Assembly: GCA_030265395.1 (NCBI GenBank)
Contig: JARFYF010000104.1
Coordinates: forward strand, 63,659,799-63,723,798
Reading direction: 5' to 3'
Source: Rhina ancylostomus
Lineage: Eukaryota
Length of the DNA: 64,000 nucleotides
The translations under genes and the position numbers were made by a program. Below, one piece after another: positions 53,701-64,000 of this stretch. The notes under the pieces were generated by a model. The model was not told where the DNA came from. It worked only from the letters and a program-made list of their open reading frames with translations, and searched no databases. Within the stretch, counting starts at the first letter, position 1. Each line of letters begins with the position of its first letter.

Positions 53701-55145
53701 CACTCGTCCCTATCTGGCCCATAAAATATAATGGATCAATATGACAATTCAGACTGAGTGATTTTTGAAAGATAGCTAGAACAATAGAGGAAGAATGGTT
53801 GTAAAGTCATTGTAATTGAAGGATCTTCCACAGTGATTCTCATGGCAAGTTAAGAGATACTAGTCTAGGACTTAATTGGCACAAAGAAACCTGCACTAAA
53901 ATGGGCTAAAGTGACCACCATCAATTTCTTCTAGGTGCAGAAGAATTCCTTTTTAATGCACACGATGTGCAAGAAATTGTGTACAAAAACAGTGCAATCT
54001 CCTACACTCATTACCTTGATACTTTGGGTATCACGTGAGAAGTGCTAACTTATGCATGCAATATTTTTCAATGGCTAGAGTTCTTAAAGCAGCAATTCTC
54101 AATGGAAACTACAGCTTTAAGTTGTCAAATGAAATCCAGATATTCAGGGAAGTGCCCACTGACATGTGATCAAACATTGTGGAGGTGGACACTCAGAGCA
54201 AGGATCAGACTGGTTAGACCCACTAACCTGCCTTGTCGCAAAGCAGATAGAGGAAAATGCCAAGACACCTCATCTATCTGTGCATACGGTTGCTGCCTCT
54301 GACAGACTTCCCTCAGTTCCTACTTGCCTGCACTTGCTTTTTCTAGGTATAGAGATTCACCAGCTCCCAATTTCCCCACCATCACCAAAGATTTATCCCA
54401 CATGGTCGAGACTAAACCAGGTCAAAGGCTGTCATACTATTTTTAAATATCTGTTACAGATTGGAGATCTGTAAATGTACAAATAGATTTAAAAACCCAG
54501 AACATAAAAATTACTTGAATTATTTGCTGGTGTTTTAATTAATATTAACTCAGTAAACTANNNNNNNNNNNNNNNNNNNNNNNNNNNNNNNNNNNNNNNN
54601 NNNNNNNNNNNNNNNNNNNNNNNNNNNNNNNNNNNNNNNNNNNNNNNNNNNNNNNNNNNNTAACTCAGTAAACTAAGTTATACAGGCTTCAAAAAGTAGT
54701 TCAGGAAAGAATCTACTTCAACTCCTTTTGACTAAATTCATCCTGCTGTTATGGCCTACTTTGCTAGTGGAGCTTTGTTAAATGTGTATCGTATACCAGT
54801 TGGTGTCATTCTTGTATGGCCAGTGACATCTGCACGTAGGTGCATCACAGGTGGAAGTGAGCAATTGATGTGATGATATAACCATGATATTCTTGGGGCC
54901 AGGTGGAGAACAAGTGGCAGTAATGTTTGGGGGGGTGGGGGGAAGATGAAATGGAATTTGCCACAGGTGTTTTCTTCTGCCAGTCATTGCACTCCTATCC
55001 TCATCATGTAAATCACCCAGGTTGCCTGTTTCTACAACATTGAAAGGTTATACATTTATATCTGATATATCTGAAGCATACTGCAATCTCTTGTTATTAA
55101 ACATGATGCATACAAGAGGGATTTTATCGCATTGCTACTTACTAC

Positions 55146-55822
55146 TGTGACGGATCAGGTTGCTATTTGGTCAATGTCCCTTTAAGACATAATACAGTAC
55201 AGTAGTGGTGTGTGTGTGGTGTCATCACGACAATAAGATTACAATGTGCTGGCTGTTTTTTTTTGCTGCGTGAATCGAAGTGAGTCGAGGAGAGAGAGAG
55301 ACACTGACTGTTTCTGTAACAATGGATGAAGAACAATAGCTGTATCTATAACTACAATCCATGTATGGATTTTTGGAGCATACAAGTGGAGTCCACTTTG
55401 TCGTTAACCAGTAGTGGGAAACAGGTAGTTGTGTGGGCAGCCACGTATCGAACGCCTTCGGGGTGGTAGGTACTTCGGAACAAAGTAAATGGAGATCATC
55501 AGTGATTGAAGTGTTGTATGGGTTCCATCGTGGAACAATTGGATTTCATAATTTCTCTCTACATTCTCTCTACGTCTTCTCTTCAGTCAACGGTGGTTTT
55601 GCAAAAGCCTTTGCTCATGCTTCATGACTTGCTGAACTGAACTTTGAAAACTATTCCTGGACTTGGAGTTTGGGAATTTGCCACACACACACTTCAAGTT
55701 TAGTTTTGGGGTTAATGTTTAATATCTAACTTTTTACTTCTCTTATTATCATAAGTAGTTATTAATAAAATAGTTTCTAACACTTATACATGGTGTGTTT
55801 TATTTGTTGCTGGTACTTAACA
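55146..55822 (+). mobile_element. Solo LTR (Gypsy-like)
   Basis: TGTGAC...TAACA termini, 4-bp TSD ctac (55142-55145 and 55823-55826), AATAAA at 55764, CpGs partly retained. Confidence 0.8.
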
Positions 55823-56277
55823 CTACATAATTTGAAATGAATAAAGGCAGTGGCCAGATTTTGTGGGGCATTGTGGGTGAAACTGGTAACTAATTTTGCA
55901 CAACTGTTAGTAAAATTAGAATTTTTGTGCACGCCCATTTGAACAGATATCCTTAAGCTGCTATTTGGTAACTGTGATCTGACATTGGATTAGATTCCAT
56001 GTGAGAGGGCAAAGGTCGAGAATCCCCACCATGTCCTCGGGAGAATCAATTGCTCCAGGTTGGACCCCACTTTGGCAGTGCTCCATTATTTATTTCAGCA
56101 GAGAGGAATGGCTGCTTTGAAATTTGTAAACAGAAGTTTTCTGTTTTTTAAAATTTTCTTTATTTTTTTTAATATAAAGTCACATTTTGAGAAAGTTAAG
56201 ATATAAAACAGGTAACATCAGAAAACTTGCTGTTAGGAAAACGTTTGTGTCCCTGTATTACTTGGGACCTGCTATTA

Positions 56278-56311
56278 CATAGCAGAAGCTTGATTTGAAG
56301 CTTCTGCTATG
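56278..56311. repeat. Perfect 14-bp inverted repeat with 6-nt loop
   Basis: catagcagaagctt-gatttg-aagcttctgctatg. Confidence 0.9.
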
Positions 56312-56943
56312 ATTATTTGAGCAAATATTCAGTTCTCCTGATGTATAGTCCATCAGTTTCAGTCTGGTCCATGCTGAACTTGCTAACCCATGGTGGGTAC
56401 ATAAAGAGTTAACTGAGTAAACGTGTACATGTGAATCTTATACTTAGTTGTGAAAATCCTCACATTTGCATGGACTAGTAACTGCTGCACTCCAATTCAC
56501 ATCAGAAAAAACTTCCAGGCTTCCCGCAATATCAAAGGGCAATATTAAAAAATAACATCCTGATTATTTCTGAAGTCTTACATTGCTCATATATTCACCA
56601 AGAAAATTATAGATAAATAATATTAGATTATAAACTTCAGTTACATTAGTAACTGAACATTAGTCTTTTAAAATGAATACTGTATAGTTATTTACCACTT
56701 TCCTGTCAGCATTCACCAAAGGTGTGAGAACGTATCTTTTTTCAGTAGTCGCAAATTATATATCAATTTATTAAAATACAAAGCTGTGAATATTGACTCT
56801 GAAGAGATTCTGACAATAAACTTTAAAGAACATATTTTGCATCAAAAAAAATATTGACATCTAAGATAATCAAAAGCATTTGTTGATAGTGACAAAGTAA
56901 TAAACTGTGGTCTTTCTCCTCTTCCAGAATCAAGGGATTCTTT

Positions 56944-57299
56944 CTTTCTTTAGCAATCTTTTTATTAATTTCAAATTAGTATAAAATAATATATATAACA
57001 TTTGTAATAATACATATGGTGCAAAGAGATCAGGATAAAAATCATAACAGTTAATATATATAATCACAAGGAGTAAAAGAAAATTTACCTCCCACTCTCT
57101 GATTAAGTAAACATAATACAAAAGATTGAAAAGAGATTTAATTATATGAGAAAAGAACCCCCACATAAAAAAAATGATAATAATAAACCAAAAAAAACCA
57201 CCAAAAATAAAACTGGACTGATAATTCTTCAACTAAAAAAAACATTATTATGTCGTCAACTCTGTTCCTCAGTACTCAAGGGTTATTGAGAGGGATCTG
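56944..57299 (-). mobile_element. 5'-truncated non-LTR retroelement 3' end (L1/Tx1-like) with TSD
   Basis: 11-bp TSD agggattcttt (56933-56943 and 57300-57310); reverse polyA signal tttatt and a (tttc)n tail at the left end. Confidence 0.65.
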
Positions 57300-59869
57300 A
57301 GGGATTCTTTCATTGTGTTTCAAATAAGCAACAACAGTGTTTCACAGATCCTTGGCATCTGCAAGCGATTTTAAAAAGCTGTTCTTGTGTAGGTAAACGT
57401 TATTCCCTGTTGATCAGAAGTGATGCATCTTCTAAAGCCAACTGTTCCACACATTTCTGTGAGAGTGCCATGGTTACTGCCACAGATTGCTCCCACCTAC
57501 TTCTGGTGATCATTCTGGCTGCTAAGCTCATCCTCATGTTGGTTATTGTGAGTTGATGACTCTCCTGGAACAATTAACATTTCAAAGTTTGAGGGGGATG
57601 TTAAAATGTTATTAACTACCTTCACCTTGGAAACAGAAGCAATTCATAACTTGGGGTGAGAATGTGAATTATAGTGGTTGTTGGTATTGGTAAACATTTT
57701 TATATGGATAGTTTAGACAAAGGCACACATTGAAAGTTTTTACTTATTGCGATGTTTTTAATAACATTGATACAAGTTTTGATTTCACAACCTGGTACAG
57801 CAACTTGATGTGTTCAATATTGTTTTCACAAATACTACAGTCGTGTACATGTAACTATATAAAAATATAAATGTTACAAAATTATATCTCTAAATTTCAT
57901 GTTAAAGTATAGAAACCAAGTGAGCAGATTGAAACAAATTGATTGAATATTTCAGTTCTTGGCACAATGGTTACTATTTAATTGTTCAAATGTTTAAATG
58001 GTACATCAGAAAAATTACCTGCCACAAAGCTATCTCAGGTAGCAATAATTAATGTAGTGGATTGGAATCCTTACAGAAACACAATATACACTTTAGAGCT
58101 ATGAGAAGACATAACACTCCAATGCAGTTTCATAAATTAAGGTTTGGGTGTATTGTAGGGAACAATGCTGCTCATGTTTTTATCAGGACTATTTTTACAT
58201 TGATTTAAAATTACATTTATGTATTATTTTAATACCAAGCATTGTAAGCATTTATTTTATCAGATGAACTGTAGAAAATCATTATTTTTTGTTTTGCATT
58301 TCCCTGTATGGTCTTTAGTTTCTAACAATGTTGTAATCTCCCTTTTTCATGAAGGCATGGGCTTCCTGTTGAGATATCGTCTACTGTTCCAATTCCACAC
58401 ATTCTGAATGATCAGTATTCTTATGCAGACATTCAGTACTGAGTCCTGGCAGGTTATTTGAATGACAGCAGAATAACAGTTGAAGTTGCCGCTGTTTCAC
58501 AGCATACACCCCACTGAAATAAAAAGATAATTAATAAAAACTTGTGTATTTGCAGGGGGGAAAAATGAAGTCTACTTTCTGATGTAAGTACATTTATTGT
58601 CAGAATCATCCCTCTTAGCTTCCATGGAGAATTTATTCTATGACATTTACAGATGTACAGATTTATCCACGGGAAAGAGGACAGTTTCCTCACCATGAGA
58701 TTTATGTTGTTACTGAGGTTTAAGTGAAAAGAAGTAAGTAAAAAAAAAGTTTGTTCTACCAGCATTTGGTTCTCCAGATGGATTAGACAAAGATCAAAAC
58801 AAAGACATGAATGGTACTTGCACAGCTTGAGTTTTGGATTTTTCTTTTCATGTGTTTAGTAGGTGAAAGGGTGGGTCTGTTTTTTGCTTTCACAGGGCTT
58901 CAGGCTTTGCAGCTCAAAATAACAACTTTTAATCCAATTTGCTCCTCTATACTAAAACAAAATATAACACTTCCCAAGGTTCATAGTAGAAATATTCATA
59001 AAACAAAATGTAAATCTCTCTCAATTTTAACCTAAACCAAGCAATTCTGTTTGTTGTCTTAAAACAGCATGGTGCATTAGGTAAGTATTTTGCTTTTTTT
59101 GATAGGCCTGTTCTACATTTTCAGATCCTTTACTATTTGGACACTGCATTTGTTGTTTTCCACTGTTTAACGTTTACTCACTGTAACAGTCTTATATCAA
59201 ACCGCTTTGGTGTAGCTCCAAAGTCATTACTCGATCAATCTGATATACAGCCACTATACGTTTTGAGCTTAGTAGCTTTCATCCAGCTGCAAGTATAAGA
59301 GTACCGTGCATAAAAGTGTCCTAAAGTACGCAAGCAATCACAACTGGTGGTGAAGTGAGAGTTCAGTTAATCACGTTTCACCCACCATTGAATTCAATCC
59401 TATGTTGACTCAGTCATATGTTAGTTGGAGTTATCTACTGTTTGCCTAAGTATGGTCTTTCAACCACATGGAGCCATAAATCCACAGAGTGATTCTCATT
59501 TGGCGAAAGAATTCCAGAGCCCCCTCTACAGCTGTGTATATCCATTCACATGACATGATTTCTGAGCTCCAAATCCAGATGGACTGTTGTACTCTTCCAG
59601 CACTGCAAGGCAGTTTAAATCTCTCTCTACACCCTCTGGCCTACAGTATATTTTGTGAAGCAGCCAATGCTGGAAATATACCAATATCTTAATTCCTTGA
59701 CCACCCAGAAAACTATATGCAACTGGAATAAACTGAATCACATACCAACTTGGAATTACATCCCCCAGATCTCCTTTTACAGGGCTCTGTCTTCACCATG
59801 ACTGAATAATATGCATGCCTAGAGAAGAGCTGCTACAGGCATAATTTTGGTTTGATTTAAGGCTAGCAT

Positions 59870-60190
59870 TTTTTTTTCTCTCTCTCCTCCCCTCCCTCCA
59901 TGGGGCACCTGCTTTTGACCCATCCCCTGCTGTTCTGCTCTCCCCTCCTCCCCTGAATCTGCCTATCACTATCTCTGACAGGCGTCTACCTATCACCACC
60001 TTGTGCCCACCACACCTCCCCTCTTTTGTCCACCTATCACTGCTCTATTTCTCTCCCCTACATATTGGGATTCTCCTTTTCCTATCTTCAGTCCTGAAGA
60101 AGGATCCTGACCCAAAACATTGACTGTCTGTTTTTCTCCATGGGTGCTGCTTGGCCTGCTGAGTTCCTCCTGCATCTTGTTGTTTTTCAC
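59870..60190 (+). mobile_element. Penelope-like 3'/pLTR fragment with hammerhead-ribozyme relic
   Basis: cagtc-ctgaaga-aggatcctgaccc-aaaac-att-gactg at 60089-60126, followed by gctgcttggcctgctgagttcctcc. Confidence 0.7.
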
Positions 60191-60689
60191 CTTGCATTAT
60201 TAGATGTCATTTTGACTCCCTTGTGTGTGCAATAGCTGGAAGTCAGAAACCAAAACAGAGAATCGAGAAAAAGGACTGTAGTTCCTCAAAATCTATAAAG
60301 TGCAAAGAGATCAACATTTGTCAATCGTTGATGACCAGTAATACCTGAAATGTTAATCTATATTTTCTGAGCTTCCAGCAAGTTGTGTTTTAATTTCATT
60401 TCCGCTGTGTTTTCTCATCAGTGATTTGAATCGAGATGGACATGTTCAACAGAATCAGCATTTTGTAGCATGCAATCTTTTATGACATTTTATGAATAAA
60501 TGTTTGCCCACCTGGGTAAAATGTTGCCTACTGGTTTCAGCACAACAGTTACTTAGTCCTTTCCTCAGTTTAGCTGGGAGAGGGTGTTTAACAAAAGAGA
60601 ATTATTATTGTATACTAACTTGTACAGAAGGTAAGGCTTGTCCAATTCTCTTTGAAGTATAACAGTTAGATTTTAGATATGGAGTAATT

Positions 60690-61045
60690 GGATATCATGC
60701 ATAAAATTGTGACAGGGTAGAAGTAAGATTGATGTTTCTCCTATCTGGGTGTTGGAACCAAGGGCTACAGTCTCAAAGTTATGGGTTGTCATTCAGGACA
60801 GAGACTGTAGAAGGAATTACTACACCTGGAGGGTGATGATCTTTGGAATTCTCGACCCATGGGGGCTGTAGAGGCTCAGTCACTGAATATATTCAAATCT
60901 GACAGATTTTTCAGTATTCAGGGCATAAATGGGTATAGGATTAGTGCAGGAAAGTGGAGTTGAGGTAGAAGATCAACCATGATCTCATTGAATGGAAGAG
61001 CAGGCATGAGGCCCGTTCTGATTTCCGTTTCTCACACTCTTATGT
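60690..61045 (+). mobile_element. CR1 3' end fragment
   Basis: ctttggaattctc..gctgtagaggctcagtcactgaatatattcaa..gatcaaccatgatctcattgaatgg. Confidence 0.75.
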
Positions 61046-61739
61046 TAAGTGGATCTCAGACTGGAACTGAATTGTTACATTGTACCTCATGGGGTTAGAA
61101 TCTTAATGCTCTGAATGCCAAGCTCCATCATGGATAGGAAGAAGACCCATTGATCATTCCTGGTGCTTGACTTGTTCGTATTTTTATGGTTCAGCATCAG
61201 GAGTTTTGGGTTATAGTCATTGTTTGCCAATTTAAAAAAAAATTAGATAATTGCATCACCTTTTCTTTCCATTATAAATTGCAAATAAATTGGTAATGAC
61301 TATAATAAGTTAGATTGTACTCCTTCAGCAGCTGTTTGTAAAATAACCGCCAGCTGTGGCCTTTCTGTGGATTGCCATATTCATAACTTCTGCATCTACA
61401 CACTGAAGCATGGTAGTACTTGGGCACGTTGGAGATCAGATGTTAGGGTTTCTGAGCTCTCAGTCCACCAATGTGCTGACCACTGAGCCAGGGTGGTCCT
61501 GGATCATTCCTGAGGGGTCAGAAGCACTTTAAAAAAAAGCACAGTTTCCCTCTAGTTCAGATATTATCGAATGAAAGTGTGTTGGCCATTTCAAAATTAT
61601 GAAAACTGGAAAAAACTTTTTATTTGGTTAGCAATTTAGTCTCAATATTGTGTAAATTTAACTTTATCACTGGAAAATTGAAAGGGGAAGATCCATGTGT
61701 TTTTTCCATTGAACAGGTTAATGGAATATGGAAATCAAA

Positions 61740-61865
61740 AAACCCTGCAGATGCTGGAAATCAGAAAAAACCCCAGAAAATATTGGAAAAACTCAGCAGA
61801 TCAGGCAGCATCTGAAAAGAGAATCAGTTAATGTTCTGGGTCTGGAACTCTTCATCAGAACTGGG
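61740..61865 (-). mobile_element. Penelope-like pLTR fragment with hammerhead relic
   Basis: Minus strand cagtt-ctgatga-agagttccagaccc-agaac-att-aactg (61825-61863), next to ctgcagatgctggaaatc. Confidence 0.65.
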
Positions 61866-63639
61866 AAAAAGAGAAAATGGTCACAAGTGGCCATTCAGCT
61901 TGGTACCATCGCATTGAGTGAATTAAACCGATGTCAGCAATAATATGAAAAGATGAGGAAAAAGACAGTGAAGCAGGTTGAGAACTAAATAGCTCCAGTT
62001 CTATCAGCTGTGGATTTCTTTGATCCTAGAATGTAATGACCAAGTAATGCAATGATACATTTACATCAATATATCTGCATAGTTTTTTTTAGAAAAGCTT
62101 TTTACTTTTACAAGGGGAATCTTATCTACACATACAATATACATCAATTGGAATCCCAATAAAAACAAAATGAAAGCATAATAGAAGAACATTTGAAACA
62201 TTAGCATTAGGTGATGCCATCTTGGCAAATACCTAGTTGCATGATTGGAATTTTCTGTACATTAGATACAGTAATATACAATCAATGAGGCATTAAGTCA
62301 GTCTGCAATGTTGCCTCCATTTTTAGTCAGAGTCCAGAGACATATTTTGAAATTTGGATGTACTTGATGGGAAAAAAAATCAAAATTGCTTGCTTTTAGT
62401 CATCTCTGAGCAGACCAGCTTTTAGGGGGTGGTGGTGTTGTGCAAGTTATTTATGAGAACAGAGGAGCCATAATTTCTGAGATCGTAGGGAATGAGGATT
62501 GACTGTTTGGCAATAAACAATTTGCTGGGATGTTTACAATCAACATATATTTTATTGAAGGCTTATAGCAGTCCATGTAAAATTCTTCATTGACACTTGA
62601 TTTTCCCTCCTTGGACCATAGAATGTAATAAAGCTGGTTGCACAAATATTGAAATAGCATTGCAAACCAAAAATGGAAGTTAATGCTATTCTGGAAGTAC
62701 TGTGTCTCAAATATACTTAATAAGTAGATCCCATCAAGCAAATAGCTCAGCTTCAATTAGTTTAAAAATGGAGGCATACAAGTTGCAGAACACATTATTG
62801 ACACCTGATGACTAAAAGAATCTAATTCAAAGCAGATGTTGCACTTATAAAACAGAATTACATCAATAGAAACAATCGCAATAAAGATTTATCTTGTTTA
62901 AAATGAAATGACAATGAAATATAATAAGCCATATACAGAACCAGCAGAGTGAATATGGAACATGAAACATTCATTGCACATTAAGCTAGAGGACGCGACA
63001 GCAGCTTATGTAAACATTGTGACACACATATAGTCATGAGTTGGGAAACAATTAATGTCTGGATAATAAAACCATGTATGTATTATAATTGGGAAAAGGT
63101 GCAAATAAAAAGACTTCAGCACCATATTTGCAAGCTGGATGAACTAACAGCAGTTCAAGGCATCTGGCAGCTTCATCTTTCCATGGAGTAAATGATATCA
63201 GTGTGATCCATGAGTTATTTACTTTATTAAAAGTGTTTCATTCTTGAGGAGGAAGATAACTGATCGCAGTTTTCATATTTCTCATACAGTTGTTTTGATG
63301 GCTGTGCAGAGCTCAATGAGTTGCACTCAAAAACCAGATCCTGGGATCTCATTGACAGATTCCATCAGCTGTTCTGTGAGTTTGATTGTGATGATTCATA
63401 TCTCCTAAAACTTGATCTTTTAAAGGATTCCCTTACAATATAAAAATATAAGTTACCAATACTGATTGAAGAGAGCATCAAGATAAAATAGATTGTCACA
63501 TCACATATTCTTATGCTTGAAATAATGCTCATTAGTTATTCAAATGCTCATTAGTCATTCCCTTTCCTATCTTGAATGCACTGGTTCAGCCGGATGTACA
63601 TTTCTCATGCAGGTTCCACTCTCTGGCACTTTACCCAAG

Positions 63640-63890
63640 TGACTATTTTTCACATTCAGATCCAGACATTGGGTGTTGACAGGCTACTTCAGGGCAAAGA
63701 CTTCCTGAGATTCACTACCCTCTGAGAGAAGAAAGTTCTATGCACCTCAGTTTTAAATACTATGTCCTCTTTTTCGTGACTCTCCCACTGGTGAAAACAT
63801 CTCAACATCTATTCTGTAAAGCCCCCTTGGAATCTCTTATATTTGAAAAAGGTCTCCCCTCATGTTTTTAAACTCCAAGGAATAGACACA
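63640..63890 (-). mobile_element. Decayed CR1 3' fragment
   Basis: gagattcactaccctctgagagaagaaagttct..ggtgaaaacatctc..ggtctcccctca..taaactccaagga. Confidence 0.6.
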
Positions 63891-64000
63891 CAAGGATTGC
63901 GCTGACTTCTCCCACTGCCTCTGTTGTTCATTAGTGAAAATGACAGTGCCATGAGCCCTGTTGAATATCATGCCGACATGTTCTTGAAACATTTATTGAT

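Noticed and set aside
54546-54675. Direct repeat taactcagtaaacta flanking a gap
   Set aside because: Same gap-overlap artefact.
1-64000. CRISPR arrays, tRNA/rRNA genes, operon-like systems
   Set aside because: No regularly spaced repeat-spacer array was seen. tRNA-like boxes are SINE heads, and short tandem duplications (e.g. ~728, ~31157, ~63523) are isolated slippage events.

Overview
AT-rich, CpG-depleted vertebrate genomic DNA with assembly gaps. The repeat complement (CR1-type LINEs, RTE, Rex1/Babar, Penelope-like elements with hammerhead relics, V-SINE-type tRNA SINEs) points to a cartilaginous fish (inference). Most of the window looks intronic or intergenic. A CpG-richer promoter near 49.6-50.0 kb carries a ZNF143/THAP11-type motif and probably drives a minus-strand gene, of which only candidate 5' non-coding exons are visible. 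Decayed TRIM exon remnants lie to its right. The main discovery is an ~2 kb insert at 27.8-29.7 kb that splits an old CR1 and is flanked by a diverged 79-bp duplication. Its left part reads, across stops and frameshifts, as a paramyxovirus-like matrix (M) protein, i.e. a candidate endogenous viral element. Its right part is oddly CpG-undepleted and ORF-poor, with only faint fusion (F)-like patches. All protein comparisons were made by eye against remembered sequences; no searches were run. Nearly all ORFs in the supplied track are spurious or TE-derived.
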